DNA of 61,791 bases, counting the filler, from Asterionella formosa (Eukaryota): NCBI GenBank assembly GCA_002256025.1. It is 4 parts of 4 records of this genome, joined end to end, with 100 filler letters (N's around TTAATTAATTAA, not from the genome) between each part and the next. Parts side by side here need not be neighbours in the genome. Positions count along the whole stretch, not along the records: positions 1 to 15,432 come from NKIB01005452.1; 3 more parts are not named here. The stretch is one strand, 5' to 3'. A program made the translations under genes and the position numbers. Of this stretch, positions 1-11,632 are shown piece by piece. The notes below the pieces were generated by a model, which saw only the letters and a list, made by a program, of their open reading frames with translations, did no database searches and was not told where the DNA came from. Every line of letters begins with the position of its first letter. Positions within the stretch are counted from its first letter, which is position 1.

Positions 1-718
1 AGTTAACACAGTCACCAATTTACCAGAAATTTCACATATCAATAATAAGACATCAGAATATATTGCGATGAAATTTAAAAATGATTGGTTGGACGGATAT
101 CTCCGTCCAGAAGGTTGTATACATGACTATGGAGGTCAATTTACTGGTATTCCTTTCATACACATGTAAGTGTTGAATGGAAATAAAATTGGGACCATTA
201 CAGTCAAGAATCCACAAACAAATGCTATCCGTGAACGTTTACATCAATCTATCAGTAAAAATCTATGTACAAGTCATGTTAAAGGCTCATCCTCCAATCA
301 AGGAATTTCAAGTTCAGAATATTGTGGATACCAGTTTGCTGCATCATATGCAGCTCGAGCTACTATTTATAGTACATTGTGTATTTTCACCAGGAACATG
401 GGTTTTCCAACATGATTTGATTACAGATATGTAATTGATATTGGGATATCAATGTCGATAAGTGATAATTGACAAATGACTACGTCGTGATAATTTCCGT
501 CGTCGTTCTTGCGATTACAAGGTTGTTGATGAGGTTTTAATCCTATTGGATAATCCTACTACCTTGGATAACCATGGACGAGATCCTTATTCTATTTATT
601 CAAGTATATGCCAATGGTCCAGTTACTTTTCAACAAACTATGCATACTACGGACTGAATTAATATCCATTACATCAAACCTTTTCAAAGGTAAAAGGTTT
701 TCCCTTGGTGTGGGAGAG
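1..718 (+). mobile_element. Ty3/Gypsy retrotransposon 3' part: degenerate integrase and polypurine tract
   Basis: Frame 2 reads VTNLPEI..INNKTSEYIAMKF..WL..Y.RP..CIHDYGGQFTG..F..M*..G...TVKNPQTNAIRERLHQ, a Gypsy rve core with a stop at 167-169 and later frameshifts. GGTGTGGGAGAG (707-718) directly precedes a TG-starting LTR. Confidence 0.85.
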
Positions 719-915
719 TGAGCGATCTTGCGCATCAATACAGATGTATATAGGGTTAGTGTTATATCATATATGTATAAGAACTCAATAATGAGAGAAC
801 TCGACTAACCCTCATTGTATACTTTGGTGTCGACTTGGAGAACGAGTTACACACAAGGATTAACAAATAAGCTCATATATTCAACAAATACTACTACTTC
901 TAGTTAGATACTTCA
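719..915 (+). repeat. Gypsy 3' LTR (197 bp, TG...CA)
   Basis: Starts TGAGCGATC right after the PPT and ends CTTCA. The same sequence recurs at 46153-46340 with one substitution. Confidence 0.85.
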
Positions 916-939
916 CCAGGTACCTGGCACTAGAAACTA

Positions 940-1345
940 AGAAATGGCTAGATGCAATTTTTGGGGCCAGTGGGTAGACCCTGTAGGAATAGAACTAATA
1001 CCACAAACCCTAAACCTATGGTATATAACATTTTGCGCCTTGATTGGCATCAATGTCATAATCACATCCACCATGTTGTCATTTTTCTGTTGCTTTACCC
1101 AACAATAAAACATCCTCCTGTGCCGCTTCAAAAAGTCTCATTTCCGCCATGACAAGAGCTACAAGTGAACATAGGAAGCGGCACAAGACAACACGATTTG
1201 GTTGATATATGAACTATTTTGTGTTGTTGGGCATGCAGATCCACACCTACATGACCAAGAATGGTTTCACGTGGACAAGCTCTTGAGCTTGATAGTGAGC
1301 AAGCTGGAGCTGACAATGTACATGAATGTCTCAAATATGTTCATA
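940..1345 (-). pseudogene. Degenerate coding remnant of an unidentified repeat-borne protein
   Basis: YLRHSCTLSAP..LSSSR..GHVGVDL...HGG...SGTGGC..NR..W aligns with YLRNPCTVSTP..LSSSR..GHEGVDL...HGG...SGVGGC..NR..W inside the 807-bp repeat (41370-41640), with several synonymous third-position changes. Confidence 0.5.
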
Positions 1346-1711
1346 TAGTATTTACAATGACGATACAACAATGATTTCACACCCATTGCTGTGAAATGGA
1401 CTTTGATTTCATGTTCATAATCATGGATGAACGCAATGACAACAACAAGATTGTGGATGCAAATGTTATTTATAGCTATCGAAAATTATAATTAGGTGTA
1501 AGCTATATTTTGTTGTACTGGTAGCTAGAATTAAGTTGTACTGGTAGCTATGATGGCTCCCAATGCAGTTTCATGATGCAATCAGCTATGCCGGTATGAG
1601 CAATCATGAAGTACAAGCGAGCGAAAGTGAGGAGGGAGAATTAGGACAATATCATAAGCACCGATATAGTGTATGATAAGGCAGAGAATTTGCCTAAGGT
1701 TGTCGCATTTG

Positions 1712-1756
1712 AACCCCTAGCTCGAGGTAGGGTTAAAAAAATAATATTGATTCAGA
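1712..1756. repeat. Hairpin terminus-like motif, copy 1
   Basis: AACCCCTAGCTCGAGGTAGGGTT, an A-run, then TTGATTCAGA. A related copy lies at 11541-11595. Confidence 0.55.
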
Positions 1757-3066
1757 CTAATCAAACACGTTCTTTTCACGTATAAAATAAATATGTATAC
1801 TAACGCTCAACGGAGCTTTCTCCAATAGGCATCCTTTTCATATGCAAACATACAGTCTTCTGTCAAAGTGGGAGTGTAGGCACACACTAAATATCGTCAG
1901 TATATAGGATCTGGCCAGAAACTGCAGAAAGGAACTTTAAATTTTTTAACTATGCTACCAAGATTCAAGACTTGCTGCAGATTCTTTCAGAAACAGGATT
2001 CGAATCCCCTTTGAGATTTTCGATTACATCTGCAGGGACGCACTATTACAGTGAAGCTGATACCAGGAAACAAAGGTGAGAGAAAGGAACAAGAGTCATA
2101 TGATTTTCATATCGTTATTTTAATAGCGACAATTCGAGCTCTGGAAAAGGATGTGCGTATCGTCTTTCATTCCCTTGAGAAACTCGCTCACTGGAATACA
2201 AAGAATAAATATGGGGATTTTCTTTCATGGATTCGTTATGTGGATGAGCTTGAAACAGAACAAATGGATAATGTTTCCTGAATATTTGAAACCATTGCAG
2301 GTAGTTTTTATATGTTGGTCATTCTAAGCAAATTGAGGATTTAACATACAAATGCATATACAGTTCCATAACTATTGGTCTATTAGAATATCATTGCATA
2401 TTTGGTGTGATGATACAAAATAGGCACATACAAACATTTGATGTGACGATGAGATTATGGTTCCAGTGAATAAACCATTTGATTAACATATTTCTTTCCG
2501 TCCAGCGGAATATGCTTTGCGTCATTGTGATTCCTTCAAAAATCGCGTATATTTCACTTTTAAAAGAGTGATCTAAAGTTGTTTTAATCATTATTAGCTT
2601 GCTGGGTTGAGCTCCTAGTCTTGGAAAGGTGATGAAATGAAGCCCGAAGCTCCATCGTGAACAACCTTTTCTAGACATTTATTAAGTCTGGGTGAGCGTA
2701 CCAGGGTACCACAGGTCATTACAAACTGGTATACCCCGGTATGTAAATGGACGACCCCCCCCATCATTTCTCGTCCTCAAAAGTTGGAGATGATTTAGCG
2801 GATTAGCATACAAATGTCTAACCTAGATAATTTGAAAACGTGCTGTAAGTGCCCCGGCATCTGAATCCGACATCTCTGCACTACATATGAGTGCTCCAAC
2901 TCGGCTTCGTGTTCGTCATCACAATATCACGGCGCGAAGAAACGTCATAGGACCCCGTTCTCAATTACTCCGAGTACCTGGCACCTGGCACCTGGCACCA
3001 CTGCTAAATGAATACCGGTAGCACAGAAGAGGCTCCGTTCAGCCTTGCTTGAAGCAATGCTAAAGG

Positions 3067-3750
3067 ATGAGTCGTCTTCTATCAAGCAGCAAAGCAATAC
3101 TTGTGATACTTTCCTTGGCGTCGATGTCAATCCATGCGTTCTCGCCATTCTCATGCGCTGCTCATAATGTGATTGTCCGAAAATCTGATTTCGACCCACA
3201 TGCTGGAGAGGAGCCGGAACTTTCAAGGACTGACAGGAGATCTCTGTTCAGACATAGCCTTGCTACAGTATTCGTACTGGCTTTTGCTCCCCCTGCATCA
3301 ATGGCAGTTGTTATGGACAATAGTTCCAAGGAGGCGCAAGTATTTGTTATTGGTCAAGATATGCCACTAGCTGACGCCAAGGCTCGATTTCTTTTGGCAA
3401 AACAAGATTTGAATTACTTGGTGGCACACTACGATTCCATCATTACTCAAGGGGGCGGAGACAACGTTAGACGTTATTTAGGTACAGTCGGGATGACATC
3501 CAACATGTATGGCATTATGAAAGTACTAAAACGATTGCAAGAAGAAGCTGATGATATTGTTGAATATACTGAAACTATGAATGAATTTGATTACTCGCTC
3601 CGGGCAGCTGATACTGCCTGCTATTCTGCCAACTTTGTAGAATTTTCGGCAGCCAAAACCAAACCAGAAAAGTTCTTTGAAGATGCTCTGCTAGAGACTG
3701 AACGAATGTTGGTGGGTTTTGAGGTCATGACGAGGGAATTGAAGCTATAG
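3067..3750 (+). CDS. Plastid thylakoid-lumen protein of unknown function (helical, possibly PsbQ-like fold)
   Basis: 227-aa intronless ORF. Signal peptide ending SIHA-FSP (diatom ASAFAP-type), then twin-arginine DRRSLF, a hydrophobic stretch and SMA (lumenal TAT signal), then a helical mature domain containing GGGDNVRRYLGTVG. Confidence 0.8.
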   Translation: MSRLLSSSKAILVILSLASMSIHAFSPFSCAAHNVIVRKSDFDPHAGEEPELSRTDRRSLFRHSLATVFVLAFAPPASMAVVMDNSSKEAQVFVIGQDMPLADAKARFLLAKQDLNYLVAHYDSIITQGGGDNVRRYLGTVGMTSNMYGIMKVLKRLQEEADDIVEYTETMNEFDYSLRAADTACYSANFVEFSAAKTKPEKFFEDALLETERMLVGFEVMTRELKL

Positions 3751-3851
3751 GCTTTTGTCGATGGTGCCATACTTCACTTCAATGCACGACATTAAGTTAG
3801 GCTTGCATAGGAGGCGGTAAAACATGTATATTATGTTCAGCATGAATAAAA

Positions 3852-6364
3852 TTAGGAGCGGATGGTATGGTCTTCAATATCGCTTATCTCCTGCATCAAA
3901 TAGAAACTTTTACTTTTGTATTTCGCACGCTCCTCTGCCACCAGCTTTTTCGCCCAGAATTCATCATATTCTCCATGACGCCCAGTCCAACGTTCATAGT
4001 TCGTAAGGTGCTCTTTCTTATTTAGCAAACCCTGGTACTTCTCCGGTCGATCTTCAAGAAAAAGCTCCAACTGAGCATCGTGTTCTGCCAAGGACACATG
4101 AGTTAAATCGCAAGAAAATACCCAGGTAAATAGGAGCCCCATCAGACACGTGGATGCTGTCACCGCAAAGATTTTTTTCGTGTCCAAGAACCCAAACGCA
4201 ATCGTTGCCAAAAGTGCCCCGGTCTTACCGGCAAATGCGGATATACCATGACAAGTGCTTCGAAGTTCAGTAGGATACGTCTCCGCAGCCATTACATATG
4301 TCGTTACGTTTGCACCAAAGTTGCCAAAGAATGAGCTGGCAAAGAACAAGAACATGATAACTCCTGACTGTGCTGAATCAAAAATAATGGATGTAATGAA
4401 AAACAAGGCGGCACACATAAAGAAGGAAAACATTTGCAATCGTACGCGTCCCACACTCTCTCTATCAATGACCTTGGCTGCAGCATAGTAACCTAACAAG
4501 GAACAAAAGTTGTTAAAAAGGAGCCTAGAAAATTGAAACGTGAGGGATGTGAGTGACAAAATTTGTTTCAGCACTAGCTGGTTTAAAGGTGAAATGATTT
4601 TTACAAGGTACATACCATCCATTTGTCTTTTTAAACATTGGAAGTAAAGGTGCAGTAGGTGAGTCTAAGGATATGGAAAAACACAAGACAAATACAAGAA
4701 TGAAGATGAACATACCACAATAAGATTTCCCTCGGGATTGATAGCTTGAAATATGGGACCAGAGAATAGCTTCAATCCATAAAATCCAACATCTGAAAAA
4801 AAGTTCGGTGTAGAATGGAGGATATGCAGATTGTGAGAGGACGGATGACACCGATGCAATACACGGTCATTCAAGTGACATACCCCATAAAAACCAGCAA
4901 CCAGCCGTGCCCATCTGAAAAAGGAAAGGAAGTAAGAAGGGATTAGACTTGGAGTACAGAAAAATTACAACCTCAGATAATGGGGAAACTAAAATACGTA
5001 CCAATCGTGGTCCGTAAAACCAAATTGTTTCAAATGTAGTCTTTGTTTTCAACAAATTCCTTCTCTGTGCTCTTTTCTTTTGACGCTCCTGTACGTCTTT
5101 AAAGGACTTTAGAAACAAAATGATGGTCAGATGAGAAGGGAACTACTTCAACTTTCTGGAACTTTAAGGATTCCATGCTACTCACACTTGTTTCCTCGAC
5201 AATGAGAAAACGATAGCCGACCAGCAAGAATATCATCAAGAACCCGACGAAATAAAACGATCGCCAAATCCCATTAAGTGCATCAGAATTATTGCCAGTT
5301 GGGTTGTTCCCAGGATTATCGCAAGCAATACTGCCTTGGTTTCCAAAGTAAATGAGAGCTAGCAACACGGCGGAACCCAAAAATGCCCCAAGCCCCTGCA
5401 TTGCAAAAACTAACGATATAGTCTCTCCTCGTCGTACTGTCATAACGTGGTCGATCTCTGTTCGTTTCTTGCGTTTTTCGAAGCTGTCAAGTTTCGCCAT
5501 ATCGACCCATTCAAACTGTTTCTCGGCAGCACCCGATGCGGTAAGTGGGTATTCTCCTCCAACACCAAAGCCAAATACGGCAAAGAAAGTTGACCATATC
5601 GCAAACTGAGTGTTGATATCGTCGTTCTTTATAAATGTCATGACGCTAATGCCGAGAAACATGAGCGAGCTGGTGATCACTCCTGCATTTTTTCGACCAA
5701 TCAAATCGCATGAGAAACCTATGACTAACATGCCACCCATAATTCCAGCAAACTCGGCATATGAAACTGCATGCAAGTTTCTTGGTGAACACAAGACTGA
5801 ACTTGGGTATTTTCCCTCAGTAGTGCAGACACCAAGGTCTGGAACAAGGCCTATCGGAGTGTTTGGGAAGTGACAGCAACAATCAATGCTATTTGGACAG
5901 TTTTGATCTTCACCGGGAATCCAGCATTCAGGGTATTGACTGTGCCAGATAGTCTTGATCTGACCAGTAGTAATGACAATATATGCCTCCACGAACATCC
6001 CGACTCCGGCAATACATAGCGTCGCAAACCAAGTGAGCACTGATTTAACACTTCCAGCTTTGTATCTATCGGGAAGATGCATTGTCGAATATCGATCTTC
6101 TTCTGACTCATCTCTCACGAGGTCCCGGACAACGGAAAGGGACGATTTAAAGTCAATACCAGCTCTGGCAAACCCCCCACGTTTCACGGAACGTCCTGGT
6201 TCAAAGCGTTCAATGGCTTCGTCCACTTCCACCTCTCCACTGGTGAGAAGCACTGAATGAACAGTCTGACTCTCTTCGGGCCGCCTGCTGTGCCTTGATC
6301 GCAGACCAATATACTCTTCGACTGATGGCGAGATTTCTTCGCTGATGCTTGTCACTGAAGCCAT
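3852..6364 (-). CDS. MFS phosphate:H+ symporter, PHT1/Pho84-like; 6 exons
   Basis: Motifs G..CDLIGRK, GFGVGGEYPL, RRG..ISLVFAMQG, WDVGFYG, AETYPTELRSTCHGISA..GK.GA. Predicted exons 6364-5186, 5106-5002, 4914-4884, 4792-4716, 4626-4616, 4524-3852. All introns are GT-AG, 79-91 bp, and splice in frame. Confidence 0.9.
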
Positions 6365-6605
6365 GGTTTTCCAGTTTTGTTGTGAGTACACTCATCGCAA
6401 GGTGAGTTCACACAGAGTGAAATTGGTTCGTCCCATAATTATTATACCAGTGAGAAATCATAAATACAACGTGAGGGTTGACATCAGGCTTCTCGATCTG
6501 TATCGCGATATCCATGTGCACATGAAACATATATTCATGCATGAGTATGTACAATTGATGTCAACGAACCATTTTGCTTCACATATACGTGAGCGGCATT
6601 TTGAT

Positions 6606-7140
6606 TACCTGGTACCAGGAACCAGTACATACCAGCATGATGAAATGACCACTGTTATTTTAGAGTTTACTATGGACCTACCGGTCCTGCATTCTGGTAT
6701 ATCCCTGATCCCTGAGACTACCGGAACCTGGTACCTGGTAGTCTTTTCGAGCTTTCTACTGGTATGGTGGTACCTGGTACACACGGTCACATGATTGATT
6801 TTACGGTACCTGGTACCAGGTATGTACTACTGGTTGTAGTCTACCGTAGGTGTCATGGACACAACGAACGATGCTGTACGTAACAGGGTACCTGGTACTT
6901 GGTACCAGTACAGCAGACTACCAGGTACCAGTACAGCAGAATGCCAGGGACCAGGTACCATTTTTGCCTGCTACCACGTAAAATGAATTCGTGCAGTTGG
7001 CTTGCGCAACAAATAAAAAGAATATCGGTGGCATTCTTCTCGTCAATTTCTCCGAATTCTTTGCTAAAGTTGGAGTCGCGTCTCCATCAATTCTAGACAC
7101 CACCAGCATATTTATATTCTATTCATAGCTACCGGTACCG
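6606..7140. repeat. Cluster of TA-CCWGG-TA / TA-CCGG-TA palindromes
   Basis: More than 10 chained copies (e.g. GGTACCTGGTACCAGGTA at 6805-6822) upstream of the transporter. Confidence 0.85.
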
Positions 7141-7411
7141 TAGTTCATTAGAATTAGCGTTTGTACTGGATTTCTCCGGTTTTCTTGGATTATATATACA
7201 ATAGAGACATCAAATTATACACAGTTACATGCAACGGACAGTTCTTGAGCAGCTTCAATTTTTGTTCACTTTGTTTGATTCCACAATTGCTGTTCAGCCT
7301 ACATCAGCTTTGCATTGCAATTTTCACATATAATACTTGTGCACTAATAGAGGCACCTGTTAGTAGAATAAAAATTATTATTATACATTCGCAAATGCAA
7401 CATGACGACAG

Positions 7412-10400
7412 CTACACAATCTCGTAGCGATCATCAAGGCGCATCTGATCATCCTCCATCATGTTGAGGTCGTCGTAAAGAGGTCCAAGTCTCAACACCG
7501 GCAGTTTTGTCGTCCACGAATCACAACGGGCTTGATATTTATCAATCAGCTTTCCAAAGCACCTAGGCCTGGCGAAGGACCCATCTTCCAAAATGATTGG
7601 TTTTGTGTAGGTACGAAGCAGCAGCGACGATGTTACTACTGATACGCTGGAAAATGCCATCATGAGACCCGCAAACTCGGGTGGAAGTCTCCAACTTAAA
7701 AAGGGGTATAACGCACCCGCCGCAAAAGGGAGGGCCAGCAGGTTATATCCCATGGCCCAAACAAAATTGATTCGAATGCGGCGGAAGACGACTCGAGAAA
7801 GATGAAGTGCAACAACCACGTCATGTAGTGACGATCGAACCAAGACCATGTCGGCTGCTTCGACTGCAACTTCGGTTCCAGCACCAAGGGCAATTCCAAC
7901 GTCAGCTCTTGCCAGCGCTATGGCGTCGTTGATGCCGTCGCCCACCATAGCAACGCGACCATTTTGGTGCTTATGTTTGCTTCGGTTATTAACGGAACGT
8001 CTTTTTTGAAGTCTCGTGACCAAATCTGCCTTTCCTTCCGGTTTGACACCAGCACAGACGTTGGCTTCATCAATACCAACTTGTTTGGCAACGGCCAATG
8101 CTGTAACTTCATCGTCTCCGGTGCACATCCACACGTCAATTCCAATTTTTTGCAAAGCGAGAACAGTGGTTTTGGCTTCTTGTTCAATGGGATCAGCAAT
8201 ACCCAGGACACCAATAACACGACGACAATGGGGCTTGCCAGAACAGTCCACTCGTTCCAAGTACTGTTTTTCAGGAAGTATACTCACATAAACTCCAACT
8301 TTTCCACTCTGTCTCATATCTTGAATGTCAGCATCGCCAACGCTTTCTGTTATAATCTCATTGCTTGTTAACAGAGACTCATTAACCCACGATCGATTTC
8401 CTACTCGAACTCGCCATTCTCCCCAATACGGCTTACGGATTAAGCATTCGACTCCAGATCCAATGGAAACGTAAAAGTCACTGACTTCAACGCTGTCATG
8501 AGAGCATGTCACATCACCACCCCACAAAGCCTTGGCACCGTTGACAATTGCTTTGGCGAGAGGATGTTCTGATTGTTTTTCGGCACAGGCAGCCAACCAC
8601 AACGCCACATGCTCGCGAGGTACGTTTGAGGGCAAGTATCGCAAAATATCATCGTTGGGGGAAATAAGATCCTTGACATGCTTCAACACTGCCTTTCCGG
8701 TTGTCAATGTACCTGTTTTGTCTAGAACAACAGTATTAATACCATGGGCACCCTCCAAGACGGCTCCACCCTTGATCAAGAGTCCATGAGTGGCTCCGAC
8801 ACCAGTTCCAACCATGACAGCAGTTGGTGTAGCCAATCCAAGGGCACAGGGGCATGCCACTACTATGACACTAATTGAGCTCATGATAGCCAAAAAGAAT
8901 CGATTTTCTCCATGATTAAAAACCAGCCAGCCAATGAAAGTAAGTACGGAAAGAAAAAGAACTGTTGGAGCAAAGACACAAGCAATCTTGTCTGCTTGAG
9001 CTTGAATTGGAGCCTTTTGTGATTGAGCTTGCTCCATCAATTGTACAATCTTAGCTAAGACAGTGGCATTTCCTGATGCTGTCACCCTGACAAGTAATGT
9101 ACTCAACTGGTTGACTGTCGCTCCAAAGAGTGGTTCATTAATCCGTTTGGCAATGGGGAAGGGCTCCCCAGATAGGGCTGATTCGTCCACATAGGCGCTC
9201 ATACTGTCATCACTTGTTGCGATCAAAATACCATCAGCCGGGATACGGGAACCTGGCAAAACATATAAATAATCTCCGGCCCGTACATCGGCAGCCGACA
9301 CATCCACGGTTTCTAGTGAGGTCAAGTCCACTGAGCTGTCCAAATCTCCAACAATCCCCACGACTTTCAGAGCAGCATGAGGTTGAAGTTCCATCAACAT
9401 TTGCAATGCCGATGCAGTCTTGCCCTTGGCATATGCTTCCATAAATTTCCCCAAAGTGACAAAGGTAAAGAGCATAGCCCCTGTTGCAAAGGTTGGTGAC
9501 ATTGTTGCGGTGACATTACCCAGACATTGAGATCCAAAGATAACAATGGAATATAGATAACTTGCTGTTGTTCCCATGACTACCAAAAAGTCCATGCCAA
9601 GGAAACGTCCATTGGTCCATCCCTTGTAGGCTGCCTTGTAATATCGTGCTCCAACTCCAAATTGGACCGGCGTTGCCAATATCAACATGAGCCATTCTTG
9701 CAATGGAGGTGTTGTTTTCGTATTCATGAGGATCGGGAAGGTGTGATGATGAAGAATAACTAGTGGGATTGTCAAGGCACAGGATATCAGAAACAACCTT
9801 TGCCACATGTGCAATTCCGCCTTTCGTGATTCTTCTAGTTGAGCTGCATTTTGTCCCAACGAGGATGATGAATGTGCTCCACCACCCAACTGTAAAATGG
9901 AACAATCATATCCACCGTTTATAACGGCATTACAGCACATGGTGGCAATGGCTTCGACACTTGTAACAGTATCATGATGGCTGTCCAAGACCTTAACTTG
10001 TGCTCGATGTGTAGTCAACATGACAGATGCACCTACTACACCAGGTACTTGTGATAGCAATCCTTCAACACGACCCACACAAATGGCACATGACATTCCT
10101 CCAACATGAAATACTATTATTCCAGTCGCTTCAGTAATAATACTAGTTTCATCCAGGTCGTCATCCAAAGTTTCTTCTGATGTCGTAGTACTGCTACTCC
10201 AGGTTGTGTGCTTTTGTAGGTGCTCTGCAAGTTCCTGTTGTGACTGCATAATTGATGCATCAAACCCAACACATTCGATCGCTTCCTTGGCGTCGTTTTG
10301 AAATTGTTCCAAGCAGTGTCGATAGTCTGAAAGAGTATGGACAGTGACACTGGCGTACGATTGTGCAAATGATGCAGTCGCTTGTACGACTCCTGGTAGT

Positions 10401-10869
10401 GCGTTCAAGGCATTTTCGACTGTCGTCGCGCAGCTTTTTTGACACATCATGCCGGTAACTTTGAAGTGTATGGTAATGGGTCGTTCCTTGAGTACAGTAG
10501 CATCGAATCCGACGCACTCAATAACATTCTTGGCATCGTCCTCCAATGTGTCCGTCATGGAACAACACGTGACGGACGCATACTGATCGGCATACGAAAC
10601 ATCTGCGTGCATGTATCCTGGCAAGCCCTGTAAGGCATTCTTCACCGTTGAGGCTGTTGTTTATTGGAATTATTGTTGTCATGAGAGAGAGAGAGAGAAA
10701 GGAACGCCGTGTCAATGAGGAAAGTTTCAAGAACGAACAACAATTTGTACACAGCACTACTACAACAGCTCGTACCGCAATTCATTTGACACATCATTCC
10801 AGTTACATGCAGATGAACCGTTTGTTCAGTTGCTGCCGTTGCAACTATTGTAGTATCGCCCATCACCAT
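7412..10869 (-). CDS. P1B-type Cu(I)-transporting ATPase (ATP7/HMA5/CopA-like); 2 exons
   Basis: Three N-terminal HMA domains (GMMCQMNC, GMMCQKSC, GMSCAIC), DESALSGE, ACPCALGLATP, DKTGTLT, SEHPLA, GDGINDA, YN and MAFSS Cu-site residues. Exon 1 10869-10776, GT-AG intron 10775-10654, exon 2 10653-7412. Confidence 0.95.
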
Positions 10870-11002
10870 GATGCAGTCGTACCGGTTGTCGAAGCAGTTC
10901 GTTCGTTATTGTTGTTCAAATTTTTTTTAAATGAATCGATGTTCTGGTAGTTGCAAATGTCTGTTTGCATTTTTCATCTGAAGATTCCTTCTTGTGCGGA
11001 TG

Positions 11003-11632
11003 TACCTGGTCGTTACCAGGTACTCGGAGTACCAGGTACCTGTGTGATCATAGAATACGTGTATATCGCTTGCTTGCTTAGTTACCGGTAGTAATACATA
11101 GAAGATGCACACAAGAATGTGTCAACCATGATTATTGCTCCGAGTCGCCGTTCCAGAATAATAACAATATACTGGTAGTGCGCATCACACTCAGGTACAA
11201 CCACGGGACCATACATAAGCATTAATCACTGGAATCGCTCAGGCACTTTTAGCCTCCTAGTCGTGGGCATGATGACTAAGTGTGATACCCCACCTTACCA
11301 TCAGGTACCTGGTAACTTTTACTAATGCATTGCGTTTGTGGTCCCTGGTACCTGGTATGAAGAAGCTACAAACGATGTATGCACTGCAGAGTCTACCGGT
11401 ACTCGAATAGTAAGTAAGCAACAAGCTGAACATCTGATAAATGTCCGTTGTCGTCTTTTGTTGTCTTGTGCATCTTACCATCAGTCATTTTTACCTGAGA
11501 GTCATCTTTAATAATTCATGCAAGGTTCCAGTTACCTGTAGAACCCCTACCCCTAGCTCGACCTAGGGTTTAAAAACCACAGGGATTGATTCAGAGTACC
11601 TGGTACCGGTACCTGGTATGGTAACAGGTACC
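11003..11632. repeat. Cluster of TA-CCWGG-TA / TA-CCGG-TA palindromes upstream of the Cu-ATPase
   Basis: TACCTGGTACCGGTACCTGGTA at 11597-11618, plus TACCGGTA at 11083 and 11394. Confidence 0.85.
11541..11595. repeat. Hairpin terminus-like motif, copy 2
   Basis: CCCTAG-CTCGAC-CTAGGG stem, an A-run, then TTGATTCAGA; matches 1712-1756. Confidence 0.55.

Noticed and set aside
1868..1885. AGTGGGAG|TGT possible Copia PPT-LTR junction
   Set aside because: No RNase H remnant upstream and no second LTR copy in the window.
6345..7109. Short ORFs rich in VPGT / YQVP / WYLV peptides (also 16584-17074, 48455-48826)
   Set aside because: Translation artefacts of the TACCWGGTA palindrome clusters.
7696..10633. 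Many antisense and alternate-frame ORFs over the ATPase (and over the transporter, P450, LRR and Copia ORFs)
   Set aside because: Shadow ORFs of real coding sequence with no independent motifs.
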